From Girardia tigrina (lineage: Eukaryota): a stretch of DNA of 60,340 bases. The stretch lies in contig MQRK01233318.1 of assembly GCA_001938485.1 (NCBI GenBank), positions 1 through 60,340 of the forward strand. The letters are read 5' to 3'. The position numbers were made by a program, and so were the translations under genes. The stretch's first letter is position 1. Each line of letters begins with the position of its first letter. Shown in pieces: positions 28,109 to 40,339 of this stretch. The notes beneath the pieces were generated by a model, which was given only the letters and a program-made list of their open reading frames with translations, had not been told where the DNA came from and made no database searches.

Positions 28109-29329
28109 GTGTTGATTTTAGAGTCCGTAAAGGATTGAACAATATATATAGTGAATTAGAGAAATAGTAATTGACGAATTTAATTTCAATTAAGGTAAAT
28201 TTTTAATAACATGAACGAATTTAATTTCAATTAAGTTACTATATACGGAAACAACGTTGAAATTTTTCATTCGAGATTTGAAGTTAAAATTCTATTGAAG
28301 AAAATTAGAGATTGGAACAATTAAATTAAATTTTTTATAGGAAAATTCCAGACAAAGAAATTTTAATTTGGAAAAAGAGCAAATAAACTTGGATAGTTGA
28401 AATTAGAAATCTGAAGCTGAATTTAAATTGATTGGAATCAAACTTGATATTTGGAATTTAGTTCTGAGGTTATAATTATTCAAATCTATTTTTAATTTGG
28501 AATTAAAATAATATTTTATTAAATTTTATTTAATTAAAATTACATTGCTTCTATATTTAAAATCTTAATTTAAAGTGATTATCAAAAATTGAGAAGAGAG
28601 CCTTTTCAATAAACAATTTATTAGAATAGGTAAATTTCTGTCCTAATATTTCTGTATTTATTACATATAATTATTTTTCGTCGGAAAGAATAAAGTTACA
28701 TACTGAGAAAAATATATTTTTGAAATTAAATCACAAGCAACAATTAAAAAATTCAAACAAATGAATTATTAATTATAACTCCTATCATACACCCTCTTGC
28801 CCTCAGGACACCCAGACATACCGACTCTGAGCAAGGGGGTATTCGATCTTCACTTCTTCTTCGATCACGCGCACAGACATAAATGGATGCTGTATGTTGA
28901 TTTAAGTATGTTGAATTTAGAATGGTGATTCTCCCACCCAGATGGAAATTGGTATTTTTTATTAAGTTTAAAGTGATTGACTATTCGAACATAATTGAAA
29001 TAATCATTTTATGAATTCATATCTTTAATTTCAGAATTTAAATTAAGTTTAATAATTTTTAGTAAAATTTAAATTAAATGTATTTTTAATAATTTGATGT
29101 CATTTTTATTATTTTAAGATTTAGTGAAAAATGGTAAAAATTAATATTTTTAATTAATATTTTTTAGAAGTTAAATATTTTAAAAAATAATTTAGAAAAA
29201 ATTGTTCGAATAATCATGATTAAAAACAGAAATAAGAAAACCAATTAGAACGATGGCAAACGATGAAAGACTTTCTGAGAGTCTTAATGACTCTAAATGT
29301 AATTGCAATAAAGATTTAAACTAGACTTG

Positions 29330-31040
29330 TTTAAATGTTCTTAATACTATTCATCGCAGCATACATGTCGGATTTATTTTCTAAGGCAATTTGGTGAAAC
29401 AGCATGAAGCACCCTGGCCCGCAATCCACGATTGTAAGGAATTTTGCCGCCCCATGTACGTGAAGTCCATGGCCAGCCGCTGCCATGTTTTCCTTACGTT
29501 GATTTCTCCTTTGTCCCACTGGAATGGCGCTGGATCAATTAACATGCATTGATTGTAACCCTTTACGATGGTCTTCACTTGATTCTCGGTGACTTTCCCG
29601 GGACCTCACACCTTCCTTGCCAGAAACAAAGTGCGTCCGATCCCAAAGTGGTTAATGTTATGCAGCCGCTTCAGGGCATCACTCATTTCCACTTTTTCTC
29701 TATCTCTGTTAATGCTACCATTGGTAATCCTTGCTTCGGTTTGACTATATTCCACTAATTATCTGGTACCCGAGTTTGCTTGTCTGCTTTGTTCATTTCT
29801 GATCGGACCAGGGTGATCTTAATGACGAGCTGATCCTCTTCAGTGACCTGTTTAAAAAGAATTATCCTGCGCCCGATTAATAACTCACTCAGTGCCTTAG
29901 ATCTGTTCGGTCCCGCGCCGTACACTGTATTCGTGAGTCACTTGCAAACTGCTGCTGAGTCTGTTAAAAGCTCGATCTCTCTGAGTCCCCATTTCAACAA
30001 CTCTTTGATGGCCCGGTTTGCCGCGTTGAGTTCGGCCGAATTTTTGTGGCTGCAATCTTCTTTTGGCTTGAGCAAGTAAGAATCTTCGACAATCTCCATC
30101 CACGATCTCGACGCATACAACATTTGCATTGAGCTGGCATCACACCACACTTTACCCTTCTCAGTTTTCGGGACTTCCCAAGGGCCTCGAGCTGGGTCTT
30201 CTGCCTTGATTCTCATAGCCAATTGCTTTCCCATTACAGTAGCTTCCGGTTTGACCTCGGTATCCCAGTTTCATCCAACAGCGACCCTCTTCATGGTGCT
30301 GTATGCCAGCCTCAACCACCCTTACACTAACCGTCCTGTCCATGCAAAAAGACTACGGCGAGGTAGTTTATCTAGCAGTTCCGGAACATCACCGTCACTC
30401 CACCATTGAAGCGTTTCGTTTGCCGCTGCTTTCACCACCAATATCAGGACGCTGCCACCATCTATGCCACCGATGGTTTGGCCTCCAGACCAAATTGCTT
30501 AAGTACTGCCATCAGCCTCTCTATCAGAATCTTGGCGGCATCCACTACAATGTCGTCGTAGTACGCACCGTTACTGGACTGAACTGTTGCGTCTGATCCT
30601 AGCATATGTTTCAGTATTTTCTGCACTTTCTTCAAAGCAACAATCAGTCCAAACCCCTGCAGAGTTAAATACCAAGATCGGCTCTGATGTTTCACCACCT
30701 GTTAGGGCCATAACGAGTCATCAACCTTGATCTGCAAATATGCGCGCCTTAGGTCAACGACTTTCAAATTACTTCCCATGCGGCGTCACTTTCTGATCTT
30801 CTCTCCACAGAAAAGACTCTCTGCTGTGTGACTCGATATTGACTCGTTCAGCTCTCTGAAATCGAACACCGGACGGACTTTCTGCTTGGCGTCTTGAACT
30901 AATTGCATTAGAGGGAGTGTTGGCTTCCGTTGGCCTTCACATTCTAACAACTACCCAGTCTTTTTCCATTCATGAATTTCCGCACTAACGTCTTCCTCGT
31001 GGATCTTCACAGATGCGTATTGGGCCACGTCATCATGCAC
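29330..31040 (-). mobile_element. Ty3/Gypsy-type pol remnant (RT-RNaseH-integrase start)
   Basis: VRPVFDFRELN, DLRRAYLQI, YYDDIVV, WCDASS..HKNSAELNA, and WQRLAMDFT. Confidence 0.8.
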
Positions 31041-31439
31041 NNNNNNNNNNNNNNNGGGGTTTGCCCCCCTTCTAGTGCCACTTGACAGACCACGAAACCC
31101 CGTCGAATTCCGTAGTAAAATGTTGTCAAAAATAAATCTTATATCGATAAATGGCGTTTTTGTTATTTTTTTCTCTCCTTGCCATTAGAAATTTTAAATA
31201 AGTTGATTAATTTTATTTACAGTTTTTAAATAAATAAATTAAATTATTATTTTTTAAATAATTTTAACCAATAAAATTTTAACAATTTATGTGAATCTCC
31301 ATTTACTCAGATAATAAGATTAAAGTTATTAATTAATTAGACTGATGTAATAGTACGAAAGTTTTGACAAAGATTGTCGTCAGGACAATCAAACTTGTAA
31401 TATTAATAAAAATATTAAAAGTAATATTGGTGTTCTTAA

Positions 31440-31873
31440 TAGTCAAAAAGCACTCTAACATCAATGCTGTGTAGAGAAATTCTGCGAAATGTATGTACGA
31501 TTTCACACGATGCACGAAGAAGCTAAGAAAGGGAAATTCAAGTAAAAATCTTAGCGCTAAAGGAAGAAAATAAAGGATTCAGATGTCAGAAAGATAATGA
31601 TGAGATAAATCAAATATGAGAAGATTTCAGAACTGGGAAAAAAGAAATGGACACCGAAAAATGATACCTAGACGACAATGAATAACAAATACTGGATCCC
31701 GAAAATCAAAAGGATTAAATTCATGGAAGATGTACATCAGATGCTATGTAAGAAATTTTACAGTTATTTGAAAGATGTATTTAATATGAATGATATGAAA
31801 GAAATGGTAAAGGCAATTGTAAAAAAGCTGTGCCAATTGTCAGAAGATGGAAAGAGCAAAAAAATAGAGGAAA
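31440..31873 (+). mobile_element. Gypsy pol fragment (integrase zinc-binding region)
   Basis: YWIPKIKRIKFMEDVHQMLC..YSYLKDVF..VKAIV parallels IQTHRLLCH..YEYLRDKF..VKEVV in the element at 33634-33876. Confidence 0.55.
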
Positions 31874-32511
31874 AAACAGTAAATTCATATAAGGTTTTAC
31901 ATTCTTGCCTGTTTACTAATTTTGAGTTTTGGAATAATTTCAAATTTTACCTTTTACGGATTACAAGTGAATCCTTTTCCTGATTGTTCCACCGGAATTC
32001 ACGACACTTGTGCTTTTGTTACATCTGGAATTATATTATTCAATATTATTCTGGTTTCTTATAACACAAAAGTCAACTATATGTATCGAAATTTAAGAAT
32101 CAAATGACCGATTGAAAGACCTCTGATTTTGTATATGATATATTTACCAATTATGATTGTAGTAATAATTGACTTAGTTATGATAGTGATGGTCCAAATG
32201 GCTTTAGGTCCAGTTCTTCAACCTGGTGTTATACTGATTGATCTCTTAGTCCCCATTAACTGTTTTTCTATTGTTATATTAATTTTGGATATAAGTGGTT
32301 AAGGAAATACGGGCGAAGAATGGTTCATGAACTACATCAATTCCTTCACAACGTCAGTCTCAATTATATCTGTTGTATCAGTTTTTAATTATAATATTAT
32401 CCTAAAAGAAACCACATTGTTCCAAATTATAATAACTCAAAATTTCAATATTTCTTTCAATGATACATCTAAAAACAATTCACAAAGTTTTAAAGATATT
32501 TTTATAATCCA
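31874..32511 (+). pseudogene. Partial inverted duplicate of the otopetrin-like gene
   Basis: Near-identical to the reverse complement of 38894-39532. It has nonsense changes (AGA>TGA near 32105, TAC>TAA near 32300) and a 1-nt deletion, and it is cut by an LTR at 32512. Confidence 0.92.
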
Positions 32512-35082
32512 TGTTGGGTTCTTGATCAAGATTATAATTGATTAACACCAAATTTTATTAATAACACAAATAACAATTATTTAAACAATTTTTCTTGAGG
32601 AACTTTTGTTTTCTTTTGACCGGATTCATTTAATTGGCAGAATTTCAAACTGACTTTTAAATTTAAAATTATCTTTTTTTTTAAATTACATCTCTGGCTA
32701 CAAAAATTTCATTAATTTATTTTTCAGAATAACTTTTAAAATAAATGCAAAACAATTAAAACAATACAATTAAAATTCAATTATTTTCGAAAATAACTTT
32801 TTAAAATTAATTAAAGATATTTTTTAGTTATAATTGTTTTCATTTTAAATATTTTCTTATTTTAGAGATTATTTATAAAAAATAATTTTAAGAGTGAACC
32901 TGTCCTTCACATTCACCCCCCGTTTTTTGAAATTTTCGAATTTTTCAACATTCCGTACTATTTGTTTATCATTTGTATCCTTCAGCCTATAGCTCCTATC
33001 ATGAATCTTTTCTATGATTTCATATGGTCCCTCAAATCTGTCTTCGCCTTTCGTTCTTCTTCTGTATCCAGACCATATCTCCAACTTTGTATACTCTTTT
33101 GGTCTCATTTCCTTCCGGGATGTTCTTTTATTTTGTTCTTTGTCTTGTATACTTTCGGTCTATTTTGCTTCCACTGTTGTCTGTCTATTTTCTTACCAAA
33201 CACAACTTTCGCTGGACTGCACCCTATTGTGTTTTTGTTGCGTTTAATGCGAATTCCACTTCGGGTAATATATCTTCCCAACTCATGGCATTCCTTTCCT
33301 TCAAACTTGCTTGAATGAATTCTCCCATGGTCCTGAATAGTCCTTCGATTATTCCATTTGTATTGTGGTGGTATGGACTGGAGAAAATTATTTTAACGCC
33401 TCTAGTCTCCAACATTTCTCTAACTTTTTTTGCCTCGAAACTCTTATCACAATCAACATGTATCTCCTTTGGTGCACCAAATTTTTATATCCATTTTTGT
33501 AATATTGTTTGTACAATTGTTTCTTCGTCCTGTCTCTTGATTGCCGTCAAGCTGATATACTTGCTAAAGTTATCTATCATTCCGAGAATGTATCTTTCTC
33601 TTTTTACTGTCTCATGCCACGGTCCACATATATCTATATAAACCTTTCAAATATTTCTGACGCTGTTATTTTAACGTTTTCTTCCTTTGTCTTCGTGGTC
33701 ATTGTTTTTGTCTGTTGGCACTCTATGCATATTCCTACTACCTCTTTTACTGTTTTCTTTTCTTCCTCCATATCAAACTTGTCCCTCAGATATTCGTATA
33801 CTTTTTCTGCTCTTGCGTGGCACAATAATCTATGCGTCTGTATGATTAAATTGTTCCGTTTTTCCATTGGTTCCATTCTTTTTGACCTGTCCTCGCTTGG
33901 CTCCTCGTAGTCACTGCTACCAATCTGGTCTTATTCTTACCCTTTTTAGCTTCTTCATGTTCCATTTGACACTGGGTACACGTGTCGCAATTCCGTATTG
34001 ATAGCATATCCGCGTTGTTGTGTAGTTCTCCTTTCCTGTATTCTATTTATATATCTAAACTACTCAAGTAATTCATCCACGTTTGGAATTGAGTTGTTAA
34101 GGGTTTCTTTGTATGAAACATGAACGTTATAGCTTTATGGTCCGTTCTTAGTTTAAATTTTTTCCCGTACGAGTAATCAATGAAATGTTGGCAGAAGTAA
34201 AAAATTACCAAAAGTTCGTCCCATGTTATGTAATATTCTTTTTCGTGTGCTGACATAGAATGTGATCCATGTGCTATTACTTGCTCCTTGCCTGATTCAC
34301 CTATCTGCGATAGTACCGCCCCTATGCTGTCAAAACTAGCGTCTGTATCTATAATAAACTGTTTCTTGAAATTTGGAAAACTCAATATTGGTGCCGTTAT
34401 CAATGCTTTCTTCATGTCCTGAAAAGCTATTTCACATGCATCTGTCCAAATTAATTTTTCTTTATTCGAGCCACACATTCCTTCCAATATTTTAGCTTTC
34501 TTCGCATATCCATTTATAAGCCTTCTGTAGTAATTGCAAATTCCTAGAAAACCTCTTTAATTTTTGATGTATGTGGGTCTTTGAAAATTCTCTATTGGTG
34601 CTATTTAAAAATTTTACTTCTTGTCACAATATTTTACATTTCGATGGTTTGATTCTTAATCCTGTCTCCTTTATTCTTCTAAATACTTCTTTTACTATGT
34701 TATAATGTTCTTCCTTTGTGCTTGTTGCTATTAATATATCGCCCAGATAAACTGATGCTCCCTTCTTTATCGGTTTTAATACTTTGTTCATTAGTTCCTG
34801 AAATGTTCCTAGGGCTGCTCCTATCTCGAAAGGCATCCGTTTAAAACAGAATTGTCCTGATTTAGTGGAAAACGCCGTTTTTTCCTGTGATTCCTTGTCC
34901 AATTCTAACTGGTAGTACGCGTTTCCTAAGTCTATTGTGCTAAAATATTTGGTTCCATGTAGCCTATCCATCATTTCCGCTATATTTGGCATGGGGAATG
35001 CCTGTCTCTTTGTAATTAGGTTTAACTGTCTAAAATCTAGACACAGTCTGATTTCGTCCTTGTCTTTTTTCCAAACACATAC

Positions 35083-36952
35083 TGTTGAGATCCTGAAATT
35101 GAAAATATTAAAACATTAAAACACCCTTGCGCTTCGAGCCCTAAAAAAGTAAAAAATAAACCAAAAATATATATTAATTATAAAACTAAAATTCATTTTG
35201 ATGTTCGATCCCTTTCTAGCTTCCAGTTGTTTGAGCTAGCGCTCAGGGACGTGTGGAAGTTATTAGGGATATAAAATAATTAATTAAAAATATGTAAAAA
35301 TATAAAAAACAAATCTAGTAATATTATTTTTACTAATTATTACCACTTTTATAAATAATATTATTATTTTGATTTAAAAAAAAGTATTATTATTATTTCC
35401 ATAATATTATTATTACTTTATTACTGGTATTATTATCATTACTATCGCTGTTATTAATATTACTATCTTCAATTATTTAAAATTAATATAAATTATTATA
35501 ATTATTATATTTCCCTTTAGTCGAATTTTTCCTTCCTCCTCAGGGACCCATTCATTATTGGGGTGCTCCTGATTTGGAAGGAAAAGGTCGTCATGGGCGT
35601 TAATATTATTTTATTACTATTATTATTGTCAAAAGAAAATAAAAATTAAAAATTATTTTATTACCATTATTATATTTTNNNNNNNNNNNNNNNNNNNNNN
35701 NNNNNNNNNNNNNNNNNNNNNNNNNNNNNNNNNNNNNNNNNNNNNNNNNNNNNNNNNNNNNNNNNNNNNNNNNNNNNNNNNNNNNNNNNNNNNNNNNNNN
35801 NNNNNNNNNNNNNNNNNNNNNNNNNNNNNNNNNNNNNNNNNNNNNNNNNNNNNNNNNNNNNNNNNNNNNNNNNNNNNNNNNNNNNNNNNNNNNNNNNNNN
35901 NNNNNNNNNNNNNNNNNNNNNNNNNNNNNNNNNNNNNNNNNNNNNNNNNNNNNNNNNNNNNNNNNNNNNNNNNNNNNNNNNNNNNNNNNNNNNNNNNNNN
36001 NNNNNNNNNNNNNNNNNNNNNNNNNNNNNNNNNNNNNNNNNNNNNNNNNNNNNNNNNNNNNNNNNNNNNNNNNNNNNNNNNNNNNNNNNNNNNNNNNNNN
36101 NNNNNNNNNNNNNNNNNNNNNNNNNNNNNNNNNNNNNNNNNNNNNNNNNNNNNNNNNNNNNATTTCAATGGCATTTTTGCCATTTCTACATTCATTGGTG
36201 CAGGCGCACCGAAAATCCAATTGGGTGCAGGCGCACCGGGGTTTTTGATGCAAGTGCATCGTGGAGATGATTTAAAAAACCGATGCAAGTGCATCGGTAA
36301 GTTTAGGGTGCAATCGCACCTAATTAAAATAATACATGACAGGTGCTTGTGCACTTGTCATGTTCAACTTTATTTCCCAAAAAATGGGAAGATGATTTAT
36401 TGAAATAAAATTTATAATAAATTTTTAATTTAAAAAATAATAAATTTATATATAATTTTTATGATTTTTTTAAATAAATTAATTATAAAAATCGGGTATA
36501 AATACCCGTACAAATATACATAAATCTCTCACAGGAATTTTAATAAAGGAGTAGGGCCACGCATTCGAGGATTACATATTTTAAAATAAAAGAAAAAGTT
36601 TAGATTTTAAAAACGAGATTCTCCATTGTTATATCCTTCCACTGTGAATATTCGTCAATTTTATTTACACAATAAAGTTTTCTAAAGTTGGTCGTTTGTT
36701 ATTTATTTTAACNNNNNNNNNNNNNNNNNNNNNNNNNNNNNNNNNNNNNNNNNNNNNNNNNNNNNNNNNNNNNNNNNNNNNNNNNNNNNNNNNNNNNNNN
36801 NNNNNNNNNNNNNNNNNNNNNNNNNNNNNNNNNNNNNNNACTGTAAAGGAATTCAGTTAGTTGGAAGAACCTTCTGAACTCAAAGACGAATTATTGGTCG
36901 ACATTTGAAAACTCAAGGAAGTTAAAAGGTCAATTTTAGCAAATACCCAACA
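35083..36952. mobile_element. Nested LTR-type insertion (solo LTR or collapsed element) in the Gypsy RT
   Basis: TGTTG...CAACA termini and an ATAC 4-bp TSD (35079-35082 and 36953-36956). Removing it rejoins NTPIV-CVWKK. It contains two gaps. Confidence 0.8.
36161..36366. repeat. Array of GTGCAnnnGCA(C/T)C quasi-palindromes; probable DNA-transposon/MITE terminus
   Basis: About 6 spaced copies, for example GGTGCAGGCGCACC twice and GATGCAAGTGCATC twice. Confidence 0.55.
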
Positions 36953-38080
36953 ATACTATTGGTGTGTTCCATTGTGAATTGCATGGCTTTATTATTCCAT
37001 TTTCCTCTAGATTTTGATTACTTCCTCCAGTTTGTCCTCTAAATGTACTGGTTGTCTTCTCGGTTTTATGTTTATAAGTACCTCTGTTATTTCTATTCTG
37101 TTTCGTAACAAGTTTGTACAACCGATATCCCAGAGAACATACATTTCCTCCCTAGTTATGAAGAACTTTGACCTCCAAGTTGTTTAATTTTTATGTAGTG
37201 ATCCGTGTAGTCTGGTGTTGTCATTCAAGAGGATTGAGCTTGTTCTTTTTATCAATGTATTTTGATGTATTTTTCAAACCAACCTTTGATTTCTAGATAG
37301 TAAAACTCTGCTAAAAACGTGTTATCAGTTTTCAAGACGTTGTAATGGAGGAAACAAGTCACTGACTTCAAACGGTAATCATTACTTTTCTTTAGTGGGT
37401 TTTTGCCTTCGGTTTAGTGGTGTTAACAACCTTTCAACATGTCATATTAGTAATTGGACTTCGAAAAAACCTGTGGGAGAAACTTTCGCAGATACTTTGA
37501 CACTGACGATATGTCCTTATCAGCAAAATATGGTCGCCTACGAATTGCCTTTAGACTGTGACAAATGTAATGTGAAGTATTTGGTGCAGGCTGATAGAAC
37601 AACATCTCTGCCTCAGATTTTGACTACTCTAGAATCTTGTATCATCATCCACAGTTCATCACGACTTGAATGAACTTCGTTTCTTTGCGGAAACTGGAAA
37701 AGAAGAAGTCATTGATCACCGAAGCAAACTGCAAATAGAGACTTTGCTGGTGCAAATTGAGCAAACTGGGGATCTTAGCCGATTGAACTAGCAAAATAAG
37801 GTTGGATGAGTTCCTATTGATAAAACTTAATAAATTATTATAACCATTTCTTCCATTATTAGAGAAGATTTGAAACATATTCTAAACAATTAATTGATTA
37901 TTAAGATCAAAAATTCCTTTTGGATCTATAATGAACCTAAGTTTAACAAAATGGAAAAGGTAAGAAAATAATTTTGTGATATTTCTTGATTACATAAATT
38001 TATTTGAAAAAAACAACACTTGCTTTATGCAGAAAAATACAATTATATATTTCATGATTAATTTATATTCTACAACAGAT

Positions 38081-39562
38081 CTATTCCGAAAGAGTTTTAA
38101 TCATTTTTAAATAAAATATTGCACAAACAAAACGATAAATTAGTGTCAATGGTTTTGCAAAACTGAAAATACTTCTTAGAATTATTTGGAAGGGAAAGGT
38201 ATCCTTTCCAAAATCATTATTCAACATTCTCAACATTTCAAAAGCAAAACATCCCAAAGTGTTTGCGAGTAAAATAATCGGAGAACACAAATAAAAGTTC
38301 CAGGACTTTCTTTCGAAACGTTTTGGCTTTCTTATTTGTGACAGGGGTAGAAGAATAATTTCGAATAATATATTTAAAATTTTCAAAATATTCAAGGAAG
38401 TATATCTTATATAGTCGTCGAAAACGATTTTCCCTTTGACGATATTATTTATGTCAACTATAAAATACTCAATTAACCAGGTACAATGACCTACCATTCC
38501 TAAATAAAGGTAAATGGTTTTTATATCTAGGATTTCTGTTTCCTGAATCATTCTCCACTTCCTCATTTCCTGGATCATAAGTATGGTAACTATAAGATCG
38601 ATAGCATTTAGGATCATAACTAATGCAAACAGTCTCCAATCTTGTACTATAGTTTTTTTGGCTGAGAATATCAGTATTAGAATCGTAAATATAATAAAAA
38701 CAGATGAGAAAATGACACCGGAAATGGACAGAATTGGTGGTCGTTCTTCAGTTGAAGGGTTTGTTTCCGGTACGTGAAATCTTTGATAATCAAACAAATG
38801 TCTTAGGCTCCGTTTTAAAGGAAAGATTAAATACGGTATAGTTACAATTTGAAGCATAAATACTATATTTGGTATATATTTCCATGGAAAATATGGATTA
38901 TAAAAAATATCATTAAAACTTTGTGAATTGTTTTTAGATGTATCATTGAAAGAAATATTGAAATTTTGAGTTATTTTAATTTGGAACAATGTGGTTTCTT
39001 TTAGGATAATATTATAATTAAAAACTGATACAACAGATATAATTGAGACTGACGTTGTGAAGGAATTGATGTAGTTCATGAACCATTCTTCGCCCGTATT
39101 TCCGTAACCACTTATATCCAAAATTAATATAACAATAGAAAAACAGTTAATGGGGACTAAGAGATCAATAAGTATAACACCAGGTTGAAGAACTGGACCT
39201 AAAGCCATTTGGACCATCACTATCATAACTAAGTCAATTATTACTACAATCATAATTGGTAAATATATCATATACAACATCAGAGGTCTTTCAATCGGTC
39301 TTTTGATTCTTAAATTTCGATACTTATAGTTGACTTTTGTGTTATAAGAAACCAGAATAATATTGAATAATATAATTCCAGATGTAACAAAAGCACAAGT
39401 GTCGTGAATTCCGGTGGAACAATCAGGAAAAGGAGTCACTTGTAATCCGTAAAAGGTAAAATTTGAAATTATTTCAAAACTCAAAATTAGTAAACAGGCA
39501 AGAATGTAAAACCTTATAAGAATTTCCTGTTTAAATGGTTTCTTTAGAGACGACTCCATCAT
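38081..39562 (-). CDS. Intronless multi-pass membrane protein, divergent otopetrin (OTOP proton channel)-like
   Basis: Intact 493-aa ORF with roughly 12 hydrophobic segments. The C-terminal AKPLTLIYRFVCAIFY resembles the otopetrin PLxIFYRxHS motif, and IILLANTLG resembles the preceding LxxxN helix. The ORF itself is secure, while the family assignment rests on motif recall. Confidence 0.65.
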   Translation of the reverse strand: MMESSLKKPFKQEILIRFYILACLLILSFEIISNFTFYGLQVTPFPDCSTGIHDTCAFVTSGIILFNIILVSYNTKVNYKYRNLRIKRPIERPLMLYMIYLPIMIVVIIDLVMIVMVQMALGPVLQPGVILIDLLVPINCFSIVILILDISGYGNTGEEWFMNYINSFTTSVSIISVVSVFNYNIILKETTLFQIKITQNFNISFNDTSKNNSQSFNDIFYNPYFPWKYIPNIVFMLQIVTIPYLIFPLKRSLRHLFDYQRFHVPETNPSTEERPPILSISGVIFSSVFIIFTILILIFSAKKTIVQDWRLFALVMILNAIDLIVTILMIQEMRKWRMIQETEILDIKTIYLYLGMVGHCTWLIEYFIVDINNIVKGKIVFDDYIRYTSLNILKILNILFEIILLPLSQIRKPKRFERKSWNFYLCSPIILLANTLGCFAFEMLRMLNNDFGKDTFPFQIILRSIFSFAKPLTLIYRFVCAIFYLKMIKTLSE

Positions 39563-40339
39563 TTGTATTCAAGTTTTATTTGACGATAAACGACATATTA
39601 ATTGATACATTGAAACTTTGTAAAGTATTTAACAGGATGTTTACGGTTTTCGATGCACAGAAATCAAGATCCATAAGAATCTGTAGATATAAATGAAGAG
39701 ATTGTTAGAAAACTGGTATCACAAAATATACATTCTCATAGAATATGATAAATGTCGACGGAAAATTATCATCGTAATCTTCATAACGTCATATAACTTC
39801 ATCTACTCTAAATTTCTTTTAATAAAATGAATAATGAAAATGTTTAAGAAACCTTTTGCCCGGGAGATTTTTATGGGTTACCATAAAATCTGGTATCAAC
39901 GTATAGTAAAATGTGCTGACAGTTTACAGTCGTTAATGTTTGGTCGTATTATTCGTGTCGGTGGTGTTCTTTTTAGATTTTTAGCGTTTTGTAATCATAT
40001 AATTATTTTGTATAGATAAAAAAAGACAAACAGTTCCAATGGTGTAGCGAAGCTAACTATCGCCTAAAGTACCAACATTGCTTGCGCCCTTGCCACCACA
40101 AATTAGTCTTAAAAGAAATCATTAATAATATACCCTAATAAAAATTGCTGAAATTATTATTTATATTAATTATTTAATATAATAAAATAATTTTTGAATA
40201 AAATGGGATCAAATATTTTTATTTCATAAAAATATATATAAAATAACATGAATTGCATTATATTTGCATTGGTAAATATCGTTGCATCAACTTGTCGCCG
40301 GCTACAGAAACCATTACATGTGGTGAAAACTTTACCGAA

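Larger units (their letters stand above)
32512..37125 (-). mobile_element. Ty3/Gypsy LTR retrotransposon remnant with a 400-bp 3' LTR (32512-32911)
   Basis: RT (SQWNTPIV|CV..IRLCLDFRQLN, IDLGNAYYQ, RMPF, YLGDIL), RNase H (DTDAS, TDHKA), integrase (SPYHHNTNGIIE, GPY). The polypurine tract AAAAAACGGGGGGTGAA directly precedes a TGT...ACA LTR. Confidence 0.9.

Noticed and set aside
36161-36366. CRISPR-like repeat-spacer array
   Set aside because: Eukaryotic context, short and variable repeats, irregular spacing and no cas genes. Better explained as transposon subterminal repeats.
37140-37880. Possible additional Penelope RT remnant
   Set aside because: Only a weak PFEVSDLFP-like trace, too degenerate to call.
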